Of a stretch of 64,000 bases of DNA, positions 10,109-20,341 are shown one piece after another (position 1 is the first letter of the stretch; each line of letters starts with the position of its first letter). Where the stretch lies: the NCBI GenBank assembly GCA_900318195.1, contig ONJR01000162.1:35051-99050 (forward strand), read 5' to 3'. A program made the position numbers and the translations under genes. The notes beneath the pieces were generated by a model, which saw only the letters and a list, made by a program, of their open reading frames with translations, was not told the origin of the DNA and did not search any database. The DNA comes from an uncultured Planctomycetota bacterium (GTDB lineage Bacteria; Planctomycetota; Planctomycetia; Pirellulales; Thermoguttaceae).

Positions 10109-11572
10109 ATGGCGAACATATTGAAGAGCGAAGTCCTTAAGTCGGCGTTCATCGGACTGGTTGCGCTTTTCGCGCTCGTTCTATGGCTGAAGAGCCGACC
10201 TCGACTGCCGGACGTCAAGCCGCAGGAAAGAATCGGTCAGAGACTTTTCGATCGCTTCAACGATATGGAGCAAATGACCAAGATCGAATTCGTGGGCGTT
10301 GATCCCTTAACAGGCGATACGCGCTCACTCGAACTTGCGCGTAGCGGCGATGAATGGCTCCTTCCTGGTTTATCGAATTTTCCGGCCGGTAACGCCAATC
10401 GTCTCGCTAAAATCGTCGCTCCGCTCATGCAACTTTCCGTCCTTTCGGCAATAGACGCGAGTTCGAACGTTGAAAACGCTAAACAAATCACGACGCTACA
10501 TCGCGAATGTGGACTAGTTAATCCGGCGAATTTTGTGCCGAACACGTCAAATTCAGACTCACAGCCCAGCGACAGTTCGGAAAGCGCGCCAAATCTTGCC
10601 CAGGGCGCCGCGCTCGCCGTTACTATTACAGGGGAATCTGGCGAAAAGCTCGTTGATTTACTAGTAGGCTCGCGCGCGCCGGAAAGTTCCTTGACGCGAG
10701 ACGCGCGGTTCGTGCGATTACCAAATGACGATAACGTCTATACCGTCGACTTCACTAGCGATTCGTTACAAGAGGAGGGAACGACTGAAATCACGGAATT
10801 TCCCGACAGAATCTCATTTGATCCGATCGACTGGATTGATCCCGATCTGCTCATGATCAGTCGTTGGGATATCGCGTTTCTTGCGGCGCTCGATTATCAG
10901 TTTAAAATAGCCAAGCTAGACGGCGCAAGCACGATCGAAGATTTCACAGCGTCTGGCGCCGCAATCTTTCGTCAAACACCTGAAAACTCTCTTTCTCGTG
11001 TGTGGTCGCTTACGCGTCGCGTCGATTACACAAGCGACGGTTCTTGGCGTGAAGTTAAACCAGTTAATCCGGAAAGCGCGCGCAACGACGTACTCAATGA
11101 CACGGCAGACGCGCTCGGAGCTTTAAAGATCGTCGACGTTCGACAGAAACCTGAAGCGCTTGCGGCTATCTTGCGAAACGGCGCGTCCGGAGTCCAACTT
11201 GCCGCACATCAAGGAGCGCTCGCAGACTTGGGATTCGCAACTCTCGATAGAAATCCGCTCGATTCCGCCCAAATCGAACCTATGCTTGCGGGCGAAGGGG
11301 GCGCGATTGAACTGAAGATGAAGAACGGTATGAAAATTGAGCTTGTCTTTGGGCGACGTTTTGACAATCTTCGCGTATGTTTGGCAACAGCAGCCTTTGA
11401 TAAAAGCATTCTTGCGCAAACGGCAGAAGACGAGTCAGAAATCGCGTTGCTAGCGCCTGAAGCGCAGCGCAAGGCGGCGCTCAAAAACGAACGATTCGCC
11501 AAATGGTTCTATCTCATCAATGAGGAATCATATCAGAATATTAAATTCCGAATGGCTGACGTTTTGAAATAA
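10109..11572 (+). CDS. Hypothetical membrane-anchored protein (N-terminal TM helix, large extracytoplasmic domain)
   Basis: AGGAG lies 6 nt before the ATG at 10109, so the listed start at 10058 looks like an extension. TM segment AFIGLVALFALVLWL. No catalytic motif recognised, and any DUF4340-like resemblance is unverified. Confidence 0.5.
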   Translation: MANILKSEVLKSAFIGLVALFALVLWLKSRPRLPDVKPQERIGQRLFDRFNDMEQMTKIEFVGVDPLTGDTRSLELARSGDEWLLPGLSNFPAGNANRLAKIVAPLMQLSVLSAIDASSNVENAKQITTLHRECGLVNPANFVPNTSNSDSQPSDSSESAPNLAQGAALAVTITGESGEKLVDLLVGSRAPESSLTRDARFVRLPNDDNVYTVDFTSDSLQEEGTTEITEFPDRISFDPIDWIDPDLLMISRWDIAFLAALDYQFKIAKLDGASTIEDFTASGAAIFRQTPENSLSRVWSLTRRVDYTSDGSWREVKPVNPESARNDVLNDTADALGALKIVDVRQKPEALAAILRNGASGVQLAAHQGALADLGFATLDRNPLDSAQIEPMLAGEGGAIELKMKNGMKIELVFGRRFDNLRVCLATAAFDKSILAQTAEDESEIALLAPEAQRKAALKNERFAKWFYLINEESYQNIKFRMADVLK

Positions 11573-11641
11573 CAAAGACGCGCCCATGTACGCCATTAGT
11601 CAACGAAGCGTACATATATCAAACGAGAATGTGAGGAGCTA

Positions 11642-12652
11642 ATGACTGAGTCGTTTCAATCAGGCAACCAGTTCGTATTATTATCGCTGAATCCGAAATC
11701 CGGTCGTCGCTCTTCTGCCGAACGCGCGTCAATTCTATCTCGGAACCTAGAAGCGCGTGGCTTCACAGTAGAAACGCACATGGAGCTAGACGAAGTAACC
11801 TCACGCGCCAATCAATTGCGCGCGCAAGGACTTCTTCACGCGCTAGTTGGGGTCGGCGGCGACGGCACAGCGGCGGAATTAGTAAATCGTACAGAGCGCG
11901 ACGTTCCGATTACGTTGCTACCATCCGGAACCGCAAATTTGATTGCGAAAAGGTTCAGACTACCTTTTGCTCCCGAAGCGGCGGCCGAAATGATAGCACA
12001 AGGTAGCAGTCTGTCACTCGACGCTGGTCGTGCGAACGGGCGTCTTTTCCTCGCTATGGCGAGCGCGGGATTGGACGCTGAGATTGTTCGTCGCGTCCAC
12101 GCAACGCGTGAGAAAAAGTATCGCCAGAACACGAACGGCGGCGCTCATATTAATTACTTGTCCTACTTGAAACCACTCCTGCAATCAGTTCGTAATTACG
12201 AGTTTCCCTCAATTGCGACAGAATATTATGCGTCGCACACGTCGACGCCAGAGGTTACGTTAGGCAATTGGTCGCTCGTCTTTAATCTCCCCAACTATGC
12301 GTGGGGCGTTCGACTTGCGCCGGAATGCGACGAAGCGGACGGTAAGCTTGATTACTGTGTTTTTAGCGGAGGCGGGTTCCCTGCGACTCTTTCGCGCGTC
12401 GCGCTTGCTCACCTCTGGGGCGCGCATCGTCTCCTGCCAAGCGTACGTCTTGGACGCGGCGAACGCTTTGTCATCAGCGTGCACAATGAAAACGCGGCTA
12501 CCAACGCTATTCCCTATCAGCTAGACGGCGATCCTGGCGGAGTCTTGCCCGTTGAAATCACCGTAGAACCCGGTCGATTTACACTTATCGCGCCGTCGGA
12601 CGTCATAACGCGCGTTCACGAACGTCATGGACGCGCTAGTAAATCAATTTGA
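11642..12652 (+). CDS. Diacylglycerol/lipid kinase family protein (DAGK catalytic domain, YegS/BmrU-like)
   Basis: VGVGGDGTAAELVN and LLPSGTANL motifs. Length is 336 aa. Confidence 0.8.
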   Translation: MTESFQSGNQFVLLSLNPKSGRRSSAERASILSRNLEARGFTVETHMELDEVTSRANQLRAQGLLHALVGVGGDGTAAELVNRTERDVPITLLPSGTANLIAKRFRLPFAPEAAAEMIAQGSSLSLDAGRANGRLFLAMASAGLDAEIVRRVHATREKKYRQNTNGGAHINYLSYLKPLLQSVRNYEFPSIATEYYASHTSTPEVTLGNWSLVFNLPNYAWGVRLAPECDEADGKLDYCVFSGGGFPATLSRVALAHLWGAHRLLPSVRLGRGERFVISVHNENAATNAIPYQLDGDPGGVLPVEITVEPGRFTLIAPSDVITRVHERHGRASKSI

Positions 12653-12657
12653 AAAAG

Positions 12658-12685
12658 TTGGCGATTGGGAAAACCACGCTATAAT
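12658..12685 (+). promoter_or_regulatory. Sigma70-like promoter TTGGCG-16-TATAAT
   Basis: TTGGCG at 12658-12663 and TATAAT at 12680-12685, leaving a leader of about 125 nt before the kinase ATG at 12815. Confidence 0.4.
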
Positions 12686-12814
12686 AGAGTCAGGGGTCGC
12701 GCGTTTACGTGAACGCCGACCGTGTGCGACGAAGGTTGTCGCCGTAAGCAAGCCCAGACGCGTTGCGCTCGTCTTGCTCCACGTCCACTCATGAGCTTTC
12801 ATTTCAGGTGATCT

Positions 12815-13687
12815 ATGGGTCTGTTAGAAAAATTACTCGGCAAAAAGAAGCTCGACTACAAGAAACGTTTTACCTTGCTAAAAGCGGCTATTTCCGGCAC
12901 AATGTCGGAGTTCTATATGGCGCGCGATAAGGAAACGGATCAGATCGTCGGTCTCAAGATTCTTGATAAGGAAAAGACTCGACAAGTTGACGAACGTTTC
13001 CGCGCGATGAAGGGTATCTATAAGCCGCGCGAGGGCGAGATCGCAATTAAATTCAAGCACCCTTATATCGTGAACACCTTCGAAGAAGGCTTTACGACAA
13101 ACAACGAGCAATACCTCGTCATGGAGTATCTCGAGGGGACGGGTCTTAACAACATCCTCATGATCAAGCAGGATTACCTAGCGGGCGCTCGTCTCATGTA
13201 CATTCGCCAATGTGCTGAAGCGTTGCAGGTCGTTCACAAGGCAGGTTTCATCCACCGCGATTTTTGTCCGCGTAATCTACTCTTTACAGGCGACGGCAAA
13301 ATTCTAAAACTTACCGACTTCGGACTGTCGCTGCCTAATCGTTCGCCATTTACTGATCCCGGTAATCGGACGGGCACGCCCAACTATATGGCGCCAGAAT
13401 TGATTCGTCGTCGAGCTACGGACGAAAGAGTCGATATTTTTGCGTTCGGAGTGACGATGTATGAGCTGTGTACACGAGAATTACCGTGGCCTCGCGGCAC
13501 GAACGGTCTTGCCGCAATGACGCACGACCAGCCGCCTGAGCCGATAACGAAATTCCGTCCCGCGATTAATCCCACCCTAGCCAAAGCGATACACTGGTGT
13601 CTCAAAGCGGAACCGCGAGATCGATGTCCTTCAATGGGCGATTTTCTCAAAATGATCGAACGCGTAGAATACGAGGACGACGTTTGA
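12815..13687 (+). CDS. Ser/Thr protein kinase (kinase domain only)
   Basis: HRDFCPRNLLF catalytic loop, DFGLS, GTPNYMAPE, and the VGLKIL lysine. At 290 aa it has no extra domains. Confidence 0.85.
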   Translation: MGLLEKLLGKKKLDYKKRFTLLKAAISGTMSEFYMARDKETDQIVGLKILDKEKTRQVDERFRAMKGIYKPREGEIAIKFKHPYIVNTFEEGFTTNNEQYLVMEYLEGTGLNNILMIKQDYLAGARLMYIRQCAEALQVVHKAGFIHRDFCPRNLLFTGDGKILKLTDFGLSLPNRSPFTDPGNRTGTPNYMAPELIRRRATDERVDIFAFGVTMYELCTRELPWPRGTNGLAAMTHDQPPEPITKFRPAINPTLAKAIHWCLKAEPRDRCPSMGDFLKMIERVEYEDDV

Positions 13688-13712
13688 GTTTGTTTGTCGT
13701 CAGTTCGTTCCA

Positions 13713-13751
13713 AAAGAGCGCCAATCTTGAAAGTCAAGGTCGGCGCTCTTT
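13713..13751. terminator. Bidirectional hairpin terminator between convergent genes
   Basis: AAAGAGCGCC (13713-13722) pairs with GGCGCTCTTT (13742-13751). An inner CTTGA/TCAAG stem is also present. It lies between the stops at 13687 (+) and 13776 (-). Confidence 0.6.
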
Positions 13752-13775
13752 GAACTTATTTTGGACGATTACACG

Positions 13776-15167
13776 CTACTCCTGGAAGAGGCGCAATAAA
13801 GCGGCGGAGAAAAGCTCCATGCCAAAATCATTGGGATGGTTGATATTGTTTGTCATAAGGGTGAGATATGGAATACCAGCGCGCCATAATTTGCCATAAA
13901 GCTCCGGCGTATCCGCTAATGGCACGTTCTGCGCTTGCGCGAAGGCACGAAGACCTTTAACAAGCGGACGAGGATCCTCGTCAATATCGCGTTGAGCGGT
14001 CAATCCCATCCAGTCGGGACGCACATAATGGGGACCGAGAATTATCCATTCAGCGCCGATCGCATCAAAGTCCGCCTTCATCTCGCCATACTTCTGCGCG
14101 ACCATCTTTTCATCCATATAGGCGTCGTTAACAAACTCGGATATGATGAGATCCGGCTTGAGATCAAGGACCTTCTCCTTGTAATTCTTCGCGCTCCCGG
14201 GCGGCTCATTGCGATACGAATCGCTAGATCTCCCTCCCCACGCTTCCGTCATGATCGTGATCTTAGCTTTCGGGAACATCTCTTGCAACCCCCTGGCAAA
14301 TTTAATTTGCCATCGTTGGTCGTCTGGCAGGTATCCGCACGCGGTAACGCTGTCGCCCCACGCAAGAATGCGTACTTCTGCGCCGCCAACTAGCTTTTTC
14401 CACGTCTTAGGCAAGAATCGCTTGGCGGCTCCGATATTTGAAACGCTCGGCGCTTGCGGCGTTTTGGCTCGAACGCGAAATTCGCCTACGTGTGCAACAA
14501 ACGCTTGTGCGTCAAGCGCGCGATCATTTTCAAAGACGGTATCAATTGGGAAAATAGAATCCTCAGTCAATGCGTCGCCGCGACCAGTTGTGAAGACGTT
14601 AGCAAGTCGTTTCTCACCGTCTTTCAACGTTGGAGGTTCTGGTGAAAGCGTTCGCGATTCGCCCAAAACCAGTTCAAGTTCGCCGTTACCGTTGAGAATA
14701 ATCGAATCGATTCTCGACTCTACGCAACGATAGCTCACGAAGACTTCGCTGGCGGCGTCGAGTTTGCCATTTTCAAGTCGTCCTAGCGCGCCGGCGGAGT
14801 TGTCAAATTCATAATCGCGACCACGCGTCAACGTCTCGCCGGAAGCCAACTTGACGACTACCGACTCAGGATCGAGCGCGTCGAAAACAGCACATTCGCA
14901 AGCGTTCACACCGCGAAGAACGCGCCCTTTAGTCCAAGAATTCGCTTGTGGGTTGAAGTTTGGCAAATTCGAATATTTTTCGGAGTCAACAACGTTCCAG
15001 GAGGCGCTAGGAACGTCGAACGAAGCAACTTTATCAAGATACGCAACCGTAACCTTGCGCGCGCCCGACAACTTGACGTCAGGAGCGGCAGCGCGCGCGG
15101 CGGAGCTGCCCCAATGGAATGTCAAACAAACCACGAGCGTCAACACGAAAAGAATCGTCTTACGCAT
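13776..15167 (-). CDS. Secreted SGNH/GDSL-family hydrolase
   Basis: Signal peptide LTLVVCLTFHWGSSAARA and GDS block ILAWGDSVTACGY in the C-terminal half. GGGAGA RBS precedes the ATG. Confidence 0.7.
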   Translation of the reverse strand: MRKTILFVLTLVVCLTFHWGSSAARAAAPDVKLSGARKVTVAYLDKVASFDVPSASWNVVDSEKYSNLPNFNPQANSWTKGRVLRGVNACECAVFDALDPESVVVKLASGETLTRGRDYEFDNSAGALGRLENGKLDAASEVFVSYRCVESRIDSIILNGNGELELVLGESRTLSPEPPTLKDGEKRLANVFTTGRGDALTEDSIFPIDTVFENDRALDAQAFVAHVGEFRVRAKTPQAPSVSNIGAAKRFLPKTWKKLVGGAEVRILAWGDSVTACGYLPDDQRWQIKFARGLQEMFPKAKITIMTEAWGGRSSDSYRNEPPGSAKNYKEKVLDLKPDLIISEFVNDAYMDEKMVAQKYGEMKADFDAIGAEWIILGPHYVRPDWMGLTAQRDIDEDPRPLVKGLRAFAQAQNVPLADTPELYGKLWRAGIPYLTLMTNNINHPNDFGMELFSAALLRLFQE

Positions 15168-15253
15168 TTATGTTCTCCCTTTTACCTACTGCGATAATTC
15201 GAGCGCGCAGCTTGATAGCAAAGCGCGCGGAAGAAAGATCAAGACGAATACAA

Positions 15254-16369
15254 TCAGTCGGGATCCTTCGCAAGTTTGCGAAGCGCGTCAATACCGCGCT
15301 CAATAGTTTCAACGCTCGCAGCGTAGGAAAGTCGGAAGCATTGATCCTTACGACTAAAAACGTTGCCGGGAATAACCAGCAACTTGTACTTTGTAATGGC
15401 CTTCTCAACGAAACTCGTACCGGTTCCCCACGGAACTTTGGGGAACATATAGAACGCGCCCTTCGGATTCCCGAGATCGTATAAATCCGAAAGCCCGTCA
15501 ATGAGCATATCGCGCTTTTTACGGTAGAAGTCAAACTTCTCCGACATATCAATATCGAGCGCGGCGAGAGCGCAATATTGAGCGACGTGAGGCGCGCAGA
15601 CAAATGTGTATTGCTGGAACTTTGTCATCTCTTGAATAAGTTTCGAAGGACCGTGCGCATAGCCAATGCGCCAGCCGGGCATACCGTGCGACTTACTGAA
15701 ACCGTCGAGCACGATGACTTCCTTATTGAAATCCGCAGGCGAAACAAAGTCGCCGTCGCCAAAATTCTTGTAGATTTCGTCGCTCAGTAGGATAATGTTC
15801 TTTTCGGCGGCTAGCTTTGCAATCGCTTCCACTTCTTCGCGGTTCGCCACGTGTCCGGTGGGATTACACGGGGAGTTGAAGATTATCATCTTGGTCTTCG
15901 GCGTAATGGCGGCGGCAACCTTTTGTACGTCGAAGTCGAAGTTCGGATAGGTGTCGATACAAACAGGAATTGCTCCGAGCATCTTCGTGAGAGACTCGTA
16001 CATGACGAAGTATGGATCAAAAAGAATAACTTCGTCCCCAGGATTGATGAACGCCAATGCGGCCAGGAGAAGTCCGCCGCTGGTGCCGCTCGTGACGAAG
16101 ACCTTTCGATCGGTATCGTTGTACTTGGCGTCGACGTCTGCCTGCAATCGATCGAGCAACGGCTTCATACCTTGGGTTGGAGTATAGCTACTCTTACCAG
16201 CCTTAATAGCGTCAAAAGCCGCCTGATGCGCGCCCTCCGGCATATCGAAATCAGGCTGACCAATCGAAAGATTAATCGGATTTTCCAACTTGGCGCCCAA
16301 GTCAAAGACCTTGCGAATACCCGAAGAACTAAAAGTACGGGAACGATCTGACAACCAGCTATCCAACAT
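15254..16369 (-). CDS. Class I/II PLP aminotransferase (aspartate/aromatic type)
   Basis: SSGIRKVFDL, NPCNPTG, and the SKSHGMPGWRIGY PLP-lysine motif. I chose ATG at 16369, preceded by AAGGAG. The listed start at 16510 adds 47 unlikely residues. Confidence 0.85.
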   Translation of the reverse strand: MLDSWLSDRSRTFSSSGIRKVFDLGAKLENPINLSIGQPDFDMPEGAHQAAFDAIKAGKSSYTPTQGMKPLLDRLQADVDAKYNDTDRKVFVTSGTSGGLLLAALAFINPGDEVILFDPYFVMYESLTKMLGAIPVCIDTYPNFDFDVQKVAAAITPKTKMIIFNSPCNPTGHVANREEVEAIAKLAAEKNIILLSDEIYKNFGDGDFVSPADFNKEVIVLDGFSKSHGMPGWRIGYAHGPSKLIQEMTKFQQYTFVCAPHVAQYCALAALDIDMSEKFDFYRKKRDMLIDGLSDLYDLGNPKGAFYMFPKVPWGTGTSFVEKAITKYKLLVIPGNVFSRKDQCFRLSYAASVETIERGIDALRKLAKDPD

Positions 16370-16977
16370 ATTCTTCTCCTTAACGGACTGCACGAACGTA
16401 ACCGAAAATCTCGCGAAAAAGATTCGCGCCACACGAGCGTAACGCCGCTTATTTCGCCACGCTACGCCGAACGAGTCGCTCGACTGTTCAACATTCCAAT
16501 TGTAAGCCAACGAATGCGAATTTCAAGCCCGGGGGATGAAAACCACAAAAAACAACCGTTCTCGACAGATTTATAGGAGCTACTTTATAGCTCACAGATA
16601 TTCTCTACGCAAGTGTAGCCAACTTTTATTAGCTTAGCTCATGAAGACTGCGAATAAGTTAAAAGGCTCCCAAACTAACAGAAAAAGGCAAAAAAGCAAG
16701 TTCGCCTACTAGACTTCAGACAAGTCTGTTGTATAATGATCGAAGGTTTTCGCTGATTTTTGCAGAAGGCAACGTGTGCTCGGCGAGAACTCGGTTGATA
16801 GGATATTGGAGCGCGGGATAAGCGTTCCTGTTTACATTCGGCATACTTGGTTCGGTTTTAGTCATGACGTTTGGGTTAAGCGCAAGGCTTGACGGTCGGC
16901 GCGTCGCGAGGCGATCTCCTGAAATGAACAAAAATCGACGACGGTAAACGTAACACTCTAACAGCAGAGGTTAAAAA

Positions 16978-17175
16978 GTGGTCAAGTTAACATTGCGCGA
17001 TAAGGAAACGATCCAAGACGCAGTTCGTCGTTTCCGTAAACTGGTCGAACGTTCGGGCATCAAGAAGGAGATGCGTCGTCGTGAATCTTATGAAAAGCCA
17101 AGCGAAACGAAGCGTCGAGCTCGTCTCCGCGCCGAACGTCGCGCTTTCCGCGCTTCCAAAATGGCCGCTCGTTAG
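16978..17175 (+). CDS. rpsU: 30S ribosomal protein S21
   Basis: [47 protein letters not shown] aligns with the S21 consensus. GTG start with GAGG 7 nt upstream. Confidence 0.93.
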   Translation: MVKLTLRDKETIQDAVRRFRKLVERSGIKKEMRRRESYEKPSETKRRARLRAERRAFRASKMAAR

Positions 17176-17221
17176 TTGCAGATTAGCGCGTGAGCGCATC
17201 GTAATTTGACAACTCACATTT

Positions 17222-17254
17222 GGGTCTTCCGCTCGCTGTGGTAGACCCTTTTTT
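17222..17254 (+). terminator. Rho-independent terminator after rpsU
   Basis: GGGTCT (17222-17227) pairs with AGACCC (17243-17248), followed by TTTTTT (17249-17254). Confidence 0.7.
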
Positions 17255-17333
17255 ATGCGTCAAACGCACCGCGAAAACAATTTTCTTCTGCTAGCAGTCG
17301 ACATTTTCTTTCCTGCTGAGTAACAAGTTCCCC

Positions 17334-17362
17334 TTGACGTGGACGCAGCATTAGTTTAATAT
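17334..17362 (+). promoter_or_regulatory. Sigma70-like promoter TTGACG-17-TAATAT
   Basis: TTGACG at 17334-17339 and TAATAT at 17357-17362, upstream of the HEAT-repeat lipoprotein gene. Confidence 0.4.
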
Positions 17363-17459
17363 CGGCGCAGGAAATTGAGTGTGATCGACGAAGGCTCGAA
17401 GTCGCGTCATGGAGGACGGCGTTTTTTAGCCGACGTGTAGTCGCTCACAGCGTTATACT

Positions 17460-18365
17460 TTGTCAAAAACGGATTGCGCAATGTATTGTAACGAAGGTCA
17501 AAAGTCGCGGGATTCATCGAGAAGTCGAATAGTTTTGTTCGCTCTGGTCTGCTCGCTCGTCTTGGAGTTATTGGGGTGCTCGACGCCCATCTTCTGGACG
17601 GACAACAAGGCGTTACTCTATCTTCCCGGCGCCGGTCGACGTAGCGATGAAATTCCTGGCTATATTCGTCCTTGGGAACGTATCGAGTTAATCGAAGAAA
17701 AGGGAAAAAAGGGCGTCAAATCCAGCCCAGACGAGAAAGACGTCCTACTTGTTCAGCTCACAGACGAATATGGTAAGACGTCAAGTCCCAATGTCAAGCG
17801 CGCAGTAATCGACGCCATGGCGAGAATATCCTCAAACTATTCCAATCCAGCGGCAGAAAAACTCTTTGTCGACGCGCTCAATTGCGACGATCTGGCGCTC
17901 AATATATCAGCGTGTCGTGCGTTGGGGCTATACTGTTCCGAGGGTGAAATAGCTAAGAACGGCGGCAACGCGCGCGAGCGAGAATTCGCCATTACCGCAT
18001 TAGCCAATCGTTATCGCTTGGCTCCTTACTCAATCGAGCCGGGCGCTGAAGATGAAAACACCAAGAAGAAGGACTTGCGAATAGCGATTCTCCGAGCGTT
18101 GGGGACATTCCAGGAGAAAGATTCTCCGCTTCTTTTTGAAACGCTCGAACTCGGACTCAATGGCGAGAAACTTGACGACGGAGCTCTTATGACGGAAGCA
18201 AGTTCGTCATTGCAACGAATCACTGGTAAAAAGTACGGGCTCGACGGCGAAACATGGTTACACTATTTAGAATACAAACGCGGCGAACGCTCAGAAGAAC
18301 CTAAAGAAAGTAACCTCGTCTCGCGTCTGCCGCAAATATCAAACGAGACGGGAATTTTTAAGTAA
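17460..18365 (+). CDS. HEAT-like repeat lipoprotein (hypothetical)
   Basis: Lipobox-like LELLGCS after a hydrophobic segment. HEAT-like repeats are present (VKRAVIDAMARIS, ACRALGLYCSE, LRIAILRALGTF). The start is TTG 17460 or ATG 17481. Confidence 0.5.
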   Translation: MSKTDCAMYCNEGQKSRDSSRSRIVLFALVCSLVLELLGCSTPIFWTDNKALLYLPGAGRRSDEIPGYIRPWERIELIEEKGKKGVKSSPDEKDVLLVQLTDEYGKTSSPNVKRAVIDAMARISSNYSNPAAEKLFVDALNCDDLALNISACRALGLYCSEGEIAKNGGNAREREFAITALANRYRLAPYSIEPGAEDENTKKKDLRIAILRALGTFQEKDSPLLFETLELGLNGEKLDDGALMTEASSSLQRITGKKYGLDGETWLHYLEYKRGERSEEPKESNLVSRLPQISNETGIFK

Positions 18366-18448
18366 CGCTTCAAAGTAGGCGTATGACACTCGCCACGCAG
18401 CGCGTCTGCGTTCGCCATGGCGCGCGATTTAACGAAAGAAAACGCTAC

Positions 18449-19003
18449 ATGAAGAAACTCACACGCGAAAATGCCACGTCGCTCATCGTCGACTTCCAAG
18501 AAAAAATCGTACCTGCAATGTCGAACCCTACCCAGCTCATTGATCGTACGCGCTTTTTACTCGCAGGTCTAGCGACGCTCGCAATTCCGATTATCTCAAC
18601 GCGTCAGTATCCGAAAGGTCTAGGCAATACGTTGTCGGCAATATCGGAATTCACGCCTGACGAAACTGTTTTTGACAAAACGTCCTTTAGTTGCTTGGAA
18701 ACGCCCAGCATTCGCAACCACATTCTACAATCATCGAAACCGATAATTTTACTCGCAGGGATAGAGACGCACATATGCATACTTCAGACGGCGCTCGATC
18801 TTTTAGAAGCGGGCAAATCGGTGCATTTAGTTGTCGATTGTACGTCGTCGCGTACGGTTCTGGATCACGATATAGCTCTGCAACGCCTCGCCAGTTCCGG
18901 CGTAGTCTTAACGACGGCGGAAACGGCGCTCTTTGAACTCACACGTGTCGCAGGCACAAGCGAATTCAAAGCTATCAGCAAATTAACAACCGGTCGCGCA
19001 TGA
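18449..19003 (+). CDS. Isochorismatase-family hydrolase
   Basis: TSLIVDFQEKIVP and LLAGIETHICILQTALDLLEAGKSVHLVVDCTSSR, which contains the catalytic Cys. I chose ATG at 18449 rather than the listed 18383. Confidence 0.75.
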   Translation: MKKLTRENATSLIVDFQEKIVPAMSNPTQLIDRTRFLLAGLATLAIPIISTRQYPKGLGNTLSAISEFTPDETVFDKTSFSCLETPSIRNHILQSSKPIILLAGIETHICILQTALDLLEAGKSVHLVVDCTSSRTVLDHDIALQRLASSGVVLTTAETALFELTRVAGTSEFKAISKLTTGRA

Positions 19004-19023
19004 AAAAGGCGTTTGAAGACTCA

Positions 19024-19059
19024 AAAACGTCGCGCTCAGGCGTCTGAGCGCGACGTTTT
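19024..19059. terminator. Bidirectional terminator, 16-bp perfect hairpin
   Basis: AAAACGTCGCGCTCAG, loop GCGT, then CTGAGCGCGACGTTTT. It lies between the stops at 19003 (+) and 19099 (-). The A/T runs on each side serve both strands. Confidence 0.8.
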
Positions 19060-19098
19060 GTCATTTACAGAAGAAATCCGGTCATTACTGCCTAAGGA

Positions 19099-20235
19099 TT
19101 ATTCTTCGATCTCTTCTTCATCGAATTCAGGTTCTTCCAACTCCTCAGGATCAGGTTCTTCCTTCGGCAGTTGTCCAGGAGACTCTGCATTTTCCGCCTC
19201 TAAGGCAGCCAAGACCTTCGCTTTTAGTTCTTCGGCGAAATCGTAGTTCGACTCGATATAAGCGCGCGCCTTCTCACGTCCCTGCGCTAACTGCTGATCG
19301 TCGTAACGAAACCACGATCCAGATTTTGAAATGATCTTGTTCGCTATCGCCAGATCAAGCAAGTCGCCAGCATAGCTAATGCCGTTCGCGTGCATCATAT
19401 CGAACTCGGCAACGCGGAACGGAGGAGCAACTTTATTTTTAACGACCTTGGCTTTAACTCGCTGACCAATCACTTCATCGCCGTCTTTTAACTGACCGAT
19501 ACGGCGAACGTCGATGCGGCAAGAGCAGTAAAACTTCAACGCCTTACCGCCGGGAGTCGTTTCAGGCGAACCAAACATTACGCCTATTTTTTCACGGATC
19601 TGGTTAATAAAGATGACGGCCGTTTTGCTCTTAGAGATTGCGCCCGTCAGTTTTCGAAGCGACTGACTCATGAGTCGCGCTTGCAAACCAACGAATTGGT
19701 CGCCAATTTCGCCCTGCAATTCCTTTTCAGGTACGAGCGCGGCGACTGAGTCGACTACGATAATATCGACTGCGTTCGTTTTCACAAGCATTTCTGCAAT
19801 GCGCATGGCCTCCTCGCCGCTACTCGGTTGGCTAACGAGGAGCGATTCAAGATCGACGCCCAAACGCTTTGCCCAACTCGGATCGAACGCGTGCTCAGCG
19901 TCAATGAAAGCGGCAACCCCACCAGATTTTTGCGCTTCGGCAACAACGTGTAACGTTAACGTTGTTTTACCGCTTGATTCCGGACCAAAAATTTCGACAA
20001 TGCGTCCGCGCGGAATACCGCGACCACCTAATGCGATATCAAGTGACAGGCAACCAGTGGAGATACCCTCCAAACTAGGCGCACGATCAAGTCCCAAAGG
20101 CATAATCGCTCCCTGCCCATACTCCTTTTCGATCTGGTCAACGACCGCTTTAAGTTGCGGGTTCTTCTCGTAGAGCTCCTCCATCTTCGATAACTTAGCG
20201 CTCTTCGAACCCGATTTTGACGTTTGTTTTGCCAC
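19099..20235 (-). CDS. recA: Recombinase RecA
   Basis: [13 protein letters not shown] Walker [11 protein letters not shown], and a full-length RecA match with an acidic C-terminal tail. GTG start preceded by AAGGAG. Confidence 0.97.
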   Translation of the reverse strand: MAKQTSKSGSKSAKLSKMEELYEKNPQLKAVVDQIEKEYGQGAIMPLGLDRAPSLEGISTGCLSLDIALGGRGIPRGRIVEIFGPESSGKTTLTLHVVAEAQKSGGVAAFIDAEHAFDPSWAKRLGVDLESLLVSQPSSGEEAMRIAEMLVKTNAVDIIVVDSVAALVPEKELQGEIGDQFVGLQARLMSQSLRKLTGAISKSKTAVIFINQIREKIGVMFGSPETTPGGKALKFYCSCRIDVRRIGQLKDGDEVIGQRVKAKVVKNKVAPPFRVAEFDMMHANGISYAGDLLDLAIANKIISKSGSWFRYDDQQLAQGREKARAYIESNYDFAEELKAKVLAALEAENAESPGQLPKEEPDPEELEEPEFDEEEIEE

Positions 20236-20341
20236 AATGCGCTCCTTTCACGGAAGACTAACACTCATCCTGCCCGTCGCCGCGCGACGTTGAATCAGTT
20301 ATACCAGAAACTATGATTAGACGCCATATGGCTAATTGAAA

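Noticed and set aside
16716-16931. 71-aa minus-strand ORF in the rpsU upstream region
   Set aside because: It has no RBS and no recognisable motif, and it lies inside what looks like the rpsU leader.
19013-19246. 77-aa Ser/Gly-rich plus-strand ORF
   Set aside because: It lies antisense to the acidic C-terminal tail of recA and spans the bidirectional terminator. It is a compositional artefact.
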